A DNA stretch of 32,276 bases from Candidatus Altimarinota bacterium. Lineage in GTDB: Bacteria > Patescibacteriota > Gracilibacteria > BD1-5 > UBA2023. The stretch lies in NCBI GenBank assembly GCA_947373235.1, contig CANBWW010000001.1, forward strand, positions 1 through 32,276, given 5' to 3'. Each line of letters begins with the position of its first letter. Position 1 is the stretch's first letter. The notes below the pieces were generated by a model, which made no database searches, was not told the DNA's origin, and saw only the letters and a list, made by a program, of their open reading frames with translations. Positions 12,354 through 24,782 of this stretch are shown here, one piece after another. The position numbers and the translations under genes are program-made.

Positions 12354-13886
12354 ATGTTTCCACGTGTTACTATCGTCGGTCGTCCAAATGTCGGAAAATC
12401 TAGTATTTTCAATGCTATGTCTGGTCATCGTATCGCCATTGTTTCTGATATCGAGAATACTACTCGTGATCTTATAGAGTACAAAATTACTGATACAGAA
12501 CGGGATATTTCGTATATTTTGGTTGATTCTGGAGGTATTGTTGAGGCGGATAATGAAACACTTCTTGCTGATGTTCGTGGTCGTGTAGATGACGCGATCG
12601 AGTCTTCGGATATTATCCTTTTTGTTCTGGATTATGATCGAGTGACGGAGTTCGATGATCATATCGCTCGCAAACTCAGAAAATCTGGAAAAAAAGTAAT
12701 CGTCGTTGCAAACAAAGCTGACAATCCAAAAAGAGCCATGGAAGCCTACGAGCTTATGAGTCTTGGTCTTGGTATCGTTGTACCAGTGAGTGCTATGCAA
12801 TCTCGTGGCTTTATCGAACTTCAAGATGCGATCGTCGCAGAGCTTCGTACTCTCGATCTTGCTGTTCCAGCCGATATTGCTGGAGAGAATCCTGATATGT
12901 TGAAATTGGCGATCATTGGTCGTCCAAATGTCGGAAAATCTTCTCTGGTAAATGCGATCTCTGGAGAGATACGTACGATCGTGAAGGATATGCCCGGAAC
13001 GACTCGTGATGCAATCGATACGATTATTTCTCATAATAATGAGGATATCTGTCTGATCGATACAGCAGGTATACGCCGTGCCGGGAAGATCGGATCTGCA
13101 AATATAGAACAGTGGAGCGTGATGCGAGCAGAAAGATCCATCGAACGAGCTGATGTGGTGGCAGTCGTGATGGATGCATTCGAAGGAGTTGCCCATCAGG
13201 ATGAGCATATCGTCGGTGAAGCTAAAAAAGAAAAGAAGGGAATTATCCTCGTGTTAAATAAATGGGATAAAGTCCTAGCAAAGCCAGACGTTGATAAAGA
13301 TACTATTCTTGAACGATATATGCACTATCTTTCGAAGAAGTTTGATTTTCTTTCATATGCTCCCGTCGTCTTTACTTCTGCGATCGAAGGTCGTCGTATT
13401 GATCTCATCCTCGATCATGCACAAAGTATCCAAAAAGAACGCAATAAACGTGTAAAAACATGAGTATTTAACAAGTTTCTTGATCAGATTACCTATGATC
13501 ATGCACCAAGTGGAAACCGAAAATCTCATAAGCCAAAAGTGTATTACGGTTCTCAGGTTGATGTGAATCCTCCTCGCTTTGTGATTTCTGTGAACAACTC
13601 CGATCATTTCCACTTCTCCTATGTCCGCTATATAGAGAATAAGATTCGCGAAGTTTTCGGATTCGAAGGAACTCCGATCGATATAGAAATGCGTTCACGC
13701 AAGAGTATCTATAAGAATAAAGATAAAGATATCATGAAGGTCGAGTCTGGAAAAGAAGAAGGAGATGAGAAATATGAACACAATATGGAAATGGTCGAAA
13801 AACGGAAGGAAGATACCAAGAAAAATATGAACAAAAAGAAGTTTAATAATTATGCGAAACGAGATGACAAAAGAAAACGTAATTAA
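12354..13886 (+). CDS. der: GTPase Der/EngA (double GTP-binding domain plus KH-like domain) with a Lys/Glu-rich C-terminal tail
   Basis: Two GRPNVGKS P-loops (MFPRVTIVGRPNVGKSS and KLAIIGRPNVGKSS), DSGG/DTAG and NKAD/NKWD motifs. Track ORFs 12354..13463 and 13539..13886 are in one frame, joined through TGA at 13461-13463 (KRVKT-G-VFNKFLDQI...PKVYYGSQVDVNPPRFVISVN..FEGTPIDIEMRSRK). Stop is TAA. Confidence 0.95.
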
Positions 13887-14880
13887 AATCCAATCTTCAG
13901 GGTCATCATTTCTTTCAAGAAGATTTTTGATCATTTCTGCAATTTTGACAGGAGTATGATTTTTCCTACAGTACTTCACTTCAGGATTTTTGAGCCTTCT
14001 GGTAGCATTTTTCCAGATCACTCTTTTATCCATTTTTGTTGTGAGTTTTCGATTTCTTTTTTCTCGAAAAATACCGTTTCGATTCCTGTTTTTTCGTTCT
14101 GCACTGTTGTTTGGAAGTATTGCTTGATTTTTTTCTGCACTGATCCTCCTCTTTTCTTTCTATCAAAATAGTTTTCCAGGAGCAGTTTCAAAAATCACAC
14201 TTTCTGATGGTGATCGTACGATTGTTTTTATACAGATGTCGCATATTGCCATACCTGATTTCTATGAAAAAATCCATACGGATCTTCTGAGTTTGAGTCA
14301 TTCTTGATATCTCATATATGCCGAATGAGTCCGTCCAGGAAATGAAGAAAATACTCAGAAATTCCAAAATCTTCTCGGAATTAAGCTTACAGAAAATACC
14401 TATACCAAAATAGCCGATACCATCGGTATGCAATCACAAGGGAAAGAAATTTTTTCATGAATTTCAACGGGAAGTATTAAGAATGTAGATATTTCTATAG
14501 ACGATATCATGAAAATGGTATGAACTGGGTCTATTCGTCCACAAAATCCTCCACTCGATATTGAAACCGAACTTGAGGCTCTTCCTGATGGAAAAATTCC
14601 TCCACTTTCTCAGTACATTATCCGTGCAGTTTTGAATATGATGATCAAAACTAATGCTGATACGGATACATTTCTTGGAAATATGATCGACCCAAATCTT
14701 TTTGAAACGATTCTTGGAAAAAGAAATCAATATATCACAGATACGTTTCTCCACTCAGATGATAAAAACGTTGTATTTTTGTATGGATCGCTCCATTTCT
14801 CTGGTATTTATAGCATCTTACAGGCAGAGAATCCAAATTGGAAGATCATCTCTATAGCACCATATTATCCATATAAATAA
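13864..14880 (+). CDS. Membrane-anchored protein, possibly Tiki/TraB/GumN superfamily (338 aa)
   Basis: Frame +1 is open from 13687 to the TAA at 14878-14880, with 6 in-frame TGA. About three N-terminal hydrophobic helices (FLIISAILTGVGFFLQYF, GFLSLLVAFFQITLLSIFVV, ALLFGSIAGFFSALILLFSF). The soluble domain has TraB/GumN-like landmarks: IVFIQMSHIA, YAEGV, FLYGSLHFSG. Start is ATG 13864 (alternative ATG 13852) and overlaps the der 3' end. The family assignment is weak. Confidence 0.6.
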
Positions 14881-14917
14881 AACAAGATATTGTACACCTT
14901 TTTCCGAAGAAACTGTT

Positions 14918-14945
14918 TTGATTTTCCCATTCCTTTTCATATAAT
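14918..14945 (+). promoter_or_regulatory. Sigma70-like promoter candidate for ftsH
   Basis: TTGATT (14918-14923), 16-nt spacer, TATAAT (14940-14945), about 50 nt upstream of the ftsH ATG. Confidence 0.4.
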
Positions 14946-14997
14946 TCACCGGTTACTTTTAAAAAAGTAATGATTCATTATTTAAAAATCCCTTCTC

Positions 14998-16977
<1,980 letters not shown>

Positions 16978-16984
16978 TCAATAT

Positions 16985-17014
16985 AAAAAACACACTTTCG
17001 AAAGTGTGTTTTTT
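16985..17014. terminator. Bidirectional rho-independent terminator after ftsH
   Basis: Perfect 18-nt palindrome cacactttcgaaagtgtg (16991-17008) flanked by A6 upstream and T6 downstream. Confidence 0.75.
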
Positions 17015-17031
17015 ATAAGTTCTATAAAAAC

Positions 17032-17059
17032 TTGCAAGCCGAACTTCATTCCATACAAT
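17032..17059 (+). promoter_or_regulatory. Sigma70-like promoter candidate for the pilin gene
   Basis: TTGCAA (17032-17037), 16-nt spacer, TACAAT (17054-17059), 24 nt upstream of ATG 17084. Confidence 0.4.
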
Positions 17060-17083
17060 AATTCTCAATTCCTCATTTTTTCT

Positions 17084-17668
17084 ATGCACTCCTTTCGTTT
17101 TTGAAATTCGGGTTTTACTCTTTTTGAGATGATGATAGTTATAGCTATCATTGGTATTATGTATACTTTTACGCTTGGTTTTACTGAAAATCCATCCATT
17201 TATAGGGAAAAATCTATCCGCCTTCAGAGTTATATAGAGGATGAACTCAAGTGAGCGCGCACAAGTACTATGATCGGAAAGTGACCAAAAGACGCGAGTA
17301 ACAATATATTATTAGTTCAAAGACGTGATGTTCTCATATCCACTGGGAATGTACAGACGATATATTCCTGAGCGACGAATACTGGAACTGAACGACAAAT
17401 AAAATCCCCTTTTTTTGATGGAGATGCCAAGTATAAGCTTAATAAGTTTTATGGCACATGTGTTCTAGGTAATACTACTTTTTCCTGAGTGACACAAGCA
17501 AAAATCACGTACGAACAAACAAAAGATATCCAGATTATCACTGTTCCAACAGTGTGTATAGCATCGGCTGATTCGATTCGAAAGATTACTTTCGAATCCC
17601 AGTATCAAAATTATACAGGTTCGGTTACTCTCGATCGTATTTCTGGGATTATTTCTACAGATAATTAG
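17084..17668 (+). CDS. Type IV pilin / pseudopilin-like protein with prepilin N-terminal cleavage-methylation motif (194 aa)
   Basis: MHSFRFGNSG|FTLFEMMIVIAIIGIM: class III signal with Gly at -1 (17111-17113), Phe +1, Glu +5 (17126-17128) and a hydrophobic helix. Two C-terminal Cys (GTCVLG..., TVPTVCIAS) are compatible with a pilin disulfide loop. Six in-frame TGA; stop is TAG at 17666-17668. Confidence 0.85.
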
Positions 17669-18696
17669 TTTCCTGATTCTATCATCTCATGTTTCGAATA
17701 TCTATAGAATGTATGTTCTCAAACTTGAATTTGCGCGTTTACTTCTATGTATGGTTTTCCTTCATCAGAAATCCATTTTTTATGGACTGGTCTCACCGAT
17801 AACTCGAGTCCATAGTGTTTCCTGAAAAAATCTTGAACATATGCTCTTGTATCTCTGGTAAGTGACGGATTGAGGATGAAAGGTGTATAGTTTTCTTTGT
17901 TCTCTGAGTAGTACTCTTTATGATCTTGGTGGAGTATTACTTTTATCTGTGCATCTGGAGTCGGGAAAGATATGCTTTTTTTCTCTTTTACGGGTTCGTG
18001 AATACCTTTTTGGATATAAAAAAGACTCTCTTGAAATATATATTCATCCCAAATTATTTTTCCAAGTTCATTTTTATCTACAAGAGAAGAAAAATCCATA
18101 AGAGCATTGTTTACTTCGCGAGTAAGTTTTTTCCTACTTCTTAATTCTCACTTCGATTCTGATTCTATATAGTTTATTAAGTTTTTTCTTACTTCTCATT
18201 TTTCTTCTTTTGAAAGCTTGCGAATCCTACTCCCAAAATAATAGCGAGAAAATACTTTCTCCAGATTTGTGTCCCATGAAAGCGTGGGGATACCGTATCA
18301 AAATGCTTTTATCGCTTCGGCTGTATATGGTCAGACTCATGGAAGGTTTATGAGCTCATTTTCATTAGTAGGAAATATCATACTATACTCTTCTGTAATT
18401 ATTTTGGCAGTTTTGAGTATATTTCTTGCTCGACTATAATATCCAAGTCATTGGTAATATGGAAAAAACTCTTCATAATTTGCTTGAGCGAGTTTCTCAA
18501 TCGTTGGATATCGTGTCATCACCCTTTCGAAATATCACTTCACCCTTTCGACCTGTGTTTGTTGAAGAAATATCTCAGAAATCCAAACTTGATAAGCTAT
18601 TTTTATATCACTTCACTCATATTTTCTCCATGGAAGATCGTGCCGTCCATGTTTTTTATACCATTCGAGAAGTGTCTCCCAGGGAAATGATTTCAT
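17665..18696 (-). CDS. mutY: A/G-specific adenine DNA glycosylase MutY homologue, cysteine-free (343 aa)
   Basis: Minus-strand frame joined through TGA: MKSFPWETLLEWYKKHGRHDLPWRK, YQVWISEIFLQQTQVERV (catalytic Glu context), YQ-G-LGYYSRARN, helix-hairpin-helix (HhH) LINLP-G-V-G-PYTAEAIKAF, WDTNLEKVFSRY (catalytic Asp context), then a C-terminal domain corresponding to track ORF 17719..18099. Stop is TAA at 17665-17667. The standard-code track shows only the last 126 aa. Confidence 0.85.
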
Positions 18697-18742
18697 AGGA
18701 TTATTTTAGAGAAATCTTCTCTTTTGTAAATTCTATTTTTCC

Positions 18743-18769
18743 TTGTTTTTTCCACGGAAAGAGTATAAT
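18743..18769 (+). promoter_or_regulatory. Weak promoter candidate for the alpha-2-macroglobulin gene
   Basis: TTGTTT (18743-18748), 15-nt spacer, TATAAT (18764-18769), 26 nt upstream of ATG 18796. Confidence 0.3.
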
Positions 18770-18795
18770 TTTTCTATCTTTTCTTTTCCTTTTTT

Positions 18796-21700
18796 ATGCG
18801 AAATATCAATCGTATTTTCCTTTCTTTTTTCGCTTTCTTTTTTGTTGCGACTCTCTGATATTATGCGTATCTTTTGTCTTTTTGAACCCTTTCATTTGCA
18901 TTCTTTTGAACCGAACATCAAGAGTGAAATCTCCTTCAAATTATTCCTGAAAAATCTGATTTTTTTATAAAGTCCAATTCTAAAATTATTGATCCTGACG
19001 CAATAAAATCTTCTCTTTTTTTCTGAACTCAAGCTCTCCTTACTAATCCTACACTTTCTGGAGAATATAAAGTATCTGTTTCTGGAGAGCTCGTATCTGT
19101 TTCTATGGATCTCAAAAAATGAGAGGTACTTACACTCTCAGCGAAAGCATATAATAAAAATAAAAAAACCTCTGTACAACTTTCCCAGGATATCACACTT
19201 TCTGAACCTATTTCTCGTTATCCAAAAAATCTTCAGTTTCAGCGTATTTGAGAACCAAGAGATCAAACATACAGAGTTGATATGTATGGTTATGATAATA
19301 TTACTCCTGAAGATATCAGGTATTATGCACACTATAAAGTTGGTCAAAGTTGTACTATTCAGGATTCTTGGCAATACATGCTTCCCATAAAGATGCACCC
19401 AATTTCACCAATTCGGAAAATTGGTCAAATTTCTGAAATGGATTTTACTCTGGATTATGATATTTCGGAAGCACATATGTGCCTCATAGGTGGATTTGCT
19501 GGAAATATTTCTCCACTTGAAGATCGTACGATCGTTCCCTTTGTGATCACGGGATCGACTCTGCAGGTTCTTTCTCCAGAAATCGATATGAAAACCCAGT
19601 TGGAGTTTCGTTTTTCATCTCCCATATATTCTGATACTGGCGTACTTTATAGTTCAGAATATATATCCAATCGAGAACAAGCGAAGATAGATTTTTTAAA
19701 ACATCTTGATGTTAATTCTGATATCAAGATCCTTCCTGAAGATATTGTTCTTGCTCCTGATCGTGCCACGATCACACTTCCACTCGAAGAAGGGAAGGAT
19801 TATCATTTTACTCTTCGCGATCTTGAGGATATTTATGGAAGAAAAGCAAGTCAAGAATATTATATTACTCCTCAGAAAGAACCATTTCTTTCGCTGCGTT
19901 TTTCGAGTGATCGCAGTATATATGCAAAGGGTGAAAAAATTCCAGTCAAGCTTTACGCACTTTCCACTCCGAAAAATAGCTATAGCCTCAAATTGTGTCA
20001 GGTTTCACTCGATCCGTATAGCCGTCTTGAGCGTATTGTCGATGAATCTGATCTCAAATATAGAGATTCAGTTTATAATATTTTAAATTCCAAAACGGAT
20101 GCGTTTGGATGTGTAAAAAAAGACATTGTCTTATCAGGAAGTGGATATATTTCACCTTTTGATGTTACTGATCTCATGAACAACCAATCTCTCAAAACCG
20201 GTTTATACGTGCTCTATTTTCGAGATCAAAATGATACCGCTTCTTTTCCTCGATTTATCAAACCTCTTGTTTTTTCTGTTGTTGATACACACCTCACTAT
20301 GAAGGTCGATGCGAGTGGAAATATGCTTATACTGGCGACAGATTTACTCACAGGAAAACCTCTTGTTGGACAGGAAATAACGGCGATGAGAAATATTTCT
20401 CGTACGTATATCGATAAATATGATCAAAATACACAAACCTCCACAAAAGAATATTTACCTCTTTCTGCTCAACGTTTCGCAACGGGAATTGTTTTATGAA
20501 AAACAGATTCTGGTGGATTTCTCGAAATGCATCTTGATTCCTTAAAGAATATAGAAGGGTATGATGATACTCCTTATGGATTATCTTTTGAGAATTGGTG
20601 GGAATATGAGGGGCGTTATGATAGTTTTCTCGTAAAATCTCAGTCATCTGATCGCATGGGTCTGGTCGTCAGCACATGGAATGATGGAATTACAGGATTT
20701 AATTTTTGACTGAAAGAGTCAGATTATTCTTATCAAAATCGTCCCAATTATACATCTTTTCTCAATACTGATCGAAAACTCTATCTTCCATGAGAAACCG
20801 TTCATCTTCATGCGATTGTCAGAAAACAAGGAAAATCTGGAATGATGGTTCCTAGTGATACGCCATTTATACTTTCTGTGACTGATTCTCTCTGAAAAGA
20901 AGTGAAGCATGTTCTTTTAAAAACGAATACGTATGGATCCCTTGGAGCCGATTTTATACTTCCTTCCGATACGAGTCTTGGTTCTTATAATGTCTCTCTT
21001 TCACTTGCTGATAGCACCGAATATATAGAAAATTCGAATACCTATTTTCAGGTAGAAATTTTTAAAAATCCGACGTTTACTCCCAAAGTAAGTCTGAAAT
21101 CGAATGATATAGAAAATGATACAATAAAAGTACTCAAAAAAACTGAAAATACAGATCCAAATTTTCCATGGTACAGTGATTTATATACTGGGGATTTTGG
21201 AGTCGATGGTATCGTCCAGTCTTTTTATTACAATGGATCGCAAATGAAAAATATTCCATTTACGTATCGCATATATCGAAGTGAACATTATAGTGATGAC
21301 TATTTTTCTGATTGTTTCTGGGGTTGTTATTATGAAGCTCCACTCGAATTTTACACAGAATGAACCTGACAGATCGATGCTGATGGGTATGGTATTTTTC
21401 ATGTGCCGATTCACTATACTTCTTACTATAGTGATTATAACTATACTGCAGAAATCACGATCCGAGATCCAGCTACTGGTGAAGAAGTGACGACACCGTC
21501 GAGCCTTCTTGTGAAACTTCCTCTTGCATATAAGACATTTACCCCAGAAAATCCACTTATTTTTACTCCGAATAAAAAAATCCTCAATCCAAATGAAGAT
21601 TTTTCTGGAACATTTTCTCCTACTTATGGAAAATGGGATGCAAGTATAGCTTGAAAATATCACTATCAAATCCTCCATAGATCCTATGAAGAAACCATGG

Positions 21701-24609
21701 TCGATGATATACGTGCCGGGTCTGTCCGAGTAACCAATCCAGTTGATATGATTGTGGAAAGTGGTTCCGTCGAGCGTACAGATTTTTCGACTCGATTCAA
21801 TAACTATCCCCCTTGAGAATATCATTTTATAGTGACACCTGTTATGGATGGTAAGGTGCCTGAAGAAATGATTTCTGATACACTTTTTTATATTTCTGGC
21901 GATACTTCTTCTTTGAAAGATTCGAAACTTCGAGTTATTCCCGATAAAACTATATATCAACCAGGAGAAACCGCTCATGTCATGATTCAACTTCCATTTA
22001 CAGGATCATATTTATTGATTACGGAAGAAAAATGAGGCATTCTCAAAAAAGAATACACCTATGTTACAGGAAATACACTTATGCGAGATATTGTCGTCGA
22101 TGATAGTCTTCTTCCAAATGCATATATAGGTGTGGTAGCATTACATCCGTCTCTCTGAAGTATACTTGATACCAATCGAAGTTATGCTGTTTGATATGGG
22201 GAAATTATTTCTGATATATCTTCTAAGAAATCTATCGTTACCATAAAAACTGATAAAGAAACCTATAAAAATAGGGAACACGTACAAATGGATCTTTCAC
22301 TGACTGATAAAGGAGGAAAACCTCTTCAATGAGAGATCACTGTGATGGTTGTAGATGAAAGTCTGATACGTCTTTTAGGAAATATTGATCTCGACATCAT
22401 ACCAAAATTTTTCCAGAAATTTCCATTTACGATGAAAACATCACTTTCAGATATTGGTATCGAAAGAAATAGATACCTCTCACGAAAATGATCCAATGGC
22501 GGAAGTGGTGATAAATGAGGATGAGGAATACAGATAGCATCACGAACGATTTTTAAAAATACTGCTTACTACAATCCAAGTGTTATTACCGATCCTTCTG
22601 GAAATGCAAAGATTGGATTCGATCTTCCTGATAATGTTACTGATTATCGTATCATTGCGATTTCGAATACACTCGATTCTCATTTTTGAGCTGGAGAAAA
22701 AACTATACAAGTTCGAAAAGATTATGTCGTCGAAGCACATGCTCCCACGATCGTTCGACAGGGTGATACTTTCACCATTTCTACAAATGCCTTTAACAGC
22801 ACTAAGAAAATAACGGGAGCGAATTTGATTATCAAAATCGGTACCGGATCCAGCATGATACAAAAACAGTCATCTATTATACTTAATCCACTTCAGTGAA
22901 CTGGTTCAGATTTTCTTTTTTCTGTTCTTCCTTCTTGGACAGGTTCTCTTTCCTATACTGCCGAATTAAGAGATGGAAATATGGTTTTGGATAGTGTGAC
23001 TCAAAACTTGAAAATCGCACCGATCCCGCTCATAGAAAACACTTTTCGGTCTGTTCATGTTTTTACTGGAACTTCTTTGACGATATGACTTCCGCCGCCT
23101 GAAAAAAGTACTGATCTCGATTTCTCGAAAGTTGGATTAGAGTTTTCTCTCTTTCGTGCGAGTGAATTAAGCAATTCTTTTAACTCGCTTCTTTCATACC
23201 CCTACGGTTGTATCGAACAGACGATAGCGGCAACTCTTCCAAATCTTTTTGCACTCAATTTTGCCGATACCTTACATCTTCCGATTGATCGAAATGAGGC
23301 GATCAAGAATCGTGATGCGTGATTGCAAAAAATCCTTCGCATGCAAGATCCAAGTGGTGGATGGTTGTATTGGGAGGGAAATACAGAACCAGATATTCAT
23401 ATCACTCCATATGTATTGCGCTCACTCCTTGTATTGAGAGATCTTGGAATATCCGTTCCTCAGTCAGTGATCGATCAATGAATAAGCTATATTATCACGA
23501 ACCAATCTTCATATGAAGCTGATCAAAATCTCTTTGCTGAATCTGTATGGACACTTGCATCTTTTGCTCAACCATGAACGAAAGATTGGTGGAATCGCAT
23601 AGATCCAACAAAGCTCGATCGGCATGGATATCTCGCATATGTATATACTGCACATATCCTCAAACTTGATACATCTTTGCTCGATAAAAAACTTGCTGAA
23701 AGTATGAAAAATACTCCAAAGAGTGAAGATTACTGGTATTGGGATCGTGATGCTGATTTTGCTATCTATGCTCGTCTCCTTATGGATCAATGAGAGGATT
23801 CCAGGGCTCAAGAAATCATTACCGATATTCTTTCTCGAGTGGATATGAGTTCATATTATGTATCTACACAGACAAAAATTCAGATTTTTCTGTCACTTGC
23901 TCGAGATATTAGAAATCAAAAAATGAATTTTTCACCGTTTTCCGTCGCTCTGCGATGAGACGGTATTATCACAGATGCTCATTTTTCCCTCCAAAATCCT
24001 CTTGCAAATATAGAAACTCTGAGATCAAAACTCTGACTTTCTTTTCAACTGACTCGTGATCCAAATGATCACCCACTATTCATCACAATGAATATAAAAG
24101 ATCGTCCAAAAGATATTTTTCAGATGCAAGGAGTCAGTGCTGGATGAATGAATCTCAAGAGAAGTTTCGAACTGATTGATGAATCTCGATGAATTGATTC
24201 TGATGGACATTTTATCGTTTCAAAGCCAGTAGATGATATGATTTTTCATCGATGACAACTCTATCGAGTCACTTTAGAATTAGATTTTGATACAGACATT
24301 CCATATTATGAAATGACTATGGAAGACTTTTTTCCTGGTTGATGGAGACCGATTGATAGTATTCTTCGTACTGAGAGTAGCTTTCATAGTGAAAGTGCAC
24401 CATGAACTTATTGGGATCATGTCGAGTCACAGGATGATCGTCTTCTTGCAAATATGTCATATGGATATGGTAAAAAACAAATTTATAGTTATTATATACG
24501 TCCGGAAAGTGTTTGAGAATATTTACTTCCACCAGCAACTGCCTATCTTATGTATCGACCCAGTGTTCATAGTTATACACAGTACGAAAAAGTAAAGGTT
24601 GTAGAATAA
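18796..24609 (+). CDS. Bacterial alpha-2-macroglobulin family thioester-containing protein, N-terminally membrane anchored (1937 aa)
   Basis: Frame +1 is free of TAA/TAG from ATG 18796 to the TAA at 24607-24609, with about 37 in-frame TGA; track ORFs 19282, 20527, 20902, 21403 and 21832 are all in this frame. Thioester motif LLSYPYGCIEQTIAATLPN (CIEQ at 23209-23220). A2M C-terminal receptor-domain-like end MEDFFPGGWRPIDS...WDHVESQDDRLLAN...YSYYIRPESVGEYLLPPATAYLMYRP. The N-terminus MRNINRIFLSFFAFFFVATLGYYAYLLSF is hydrophobic and has no lipobox Cys. Confidence 0.9.
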
Positions 24610-24641
24610 GTCTTGTGGTCTCATTGAGAGACATAAGGTAA

Positions 24642-24670
24642 TCTATTTCCTCACTCCATTTGAATTATGA
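24642..24670 (+). repeat. Direct repeat copy 1 (29 nt) of the nrdR 5' leader/start region
   Basis: tctatttcctcactccatttgaattatga. Identical to 24783-24811 except one C/T mismatch. Its ATG (24667) opens a 16-codon mini-ORF, MRPIQKLLIFLRNFVF, ending at TAG 24715-24717. Confidence 0.7.
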
Positions 24671-24782
24671 GACCTATTCAAAAATTACTTATTTTCTTAA
24701 GAAACTTCGTCTTTTAGATCTGCGTTCCATTCGAAGCTTCCAGCTTCTTAATTCTACGTTCCGCTCGAAAATTCGAGCAAGC

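Noticed and set aside
12333-13208. 291-aa minus-strand ORF, and similar long antisense ORFs at 29670..30656 (328 aa), 5365..6063 (232 aa), 21181..21990 (269 aa) and 967..1392
   Set aside because: Each lies entirely antisense to a strongly supported gene (der, uvrC, giant protein, A2M). Their translations are low-complexity Ile/Phe/Ser/Arg-rich with no recognisable motifs, so they are shadow ORFs.
13695-14433. Minus-strand ORFs 13695..14033 and 14188..14433, plus a possible 85-aa GTG-initiated minus ORF (13883..14140) preceded by AGGAGG
   Set aside because: The plus-strand frame +1 gives one continuous 338-aa membrane protein with TM helices and a conserved-looking domain covering the whole interval. 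The minus ORFs are antisense to it and to the der tail. The AGGAGG is isolated, and SD motifs are otherwise absent in this window.
18426-18970. Plus-strand ORFs 18426..18698, 18451..18690 and 18743..18970
   Set aside because: The first two are antisense to the clearly recognisable mutY N-terminal domain. The third is out of frame with the A2M start region, whose frame +1 continues for 5.8 kb.
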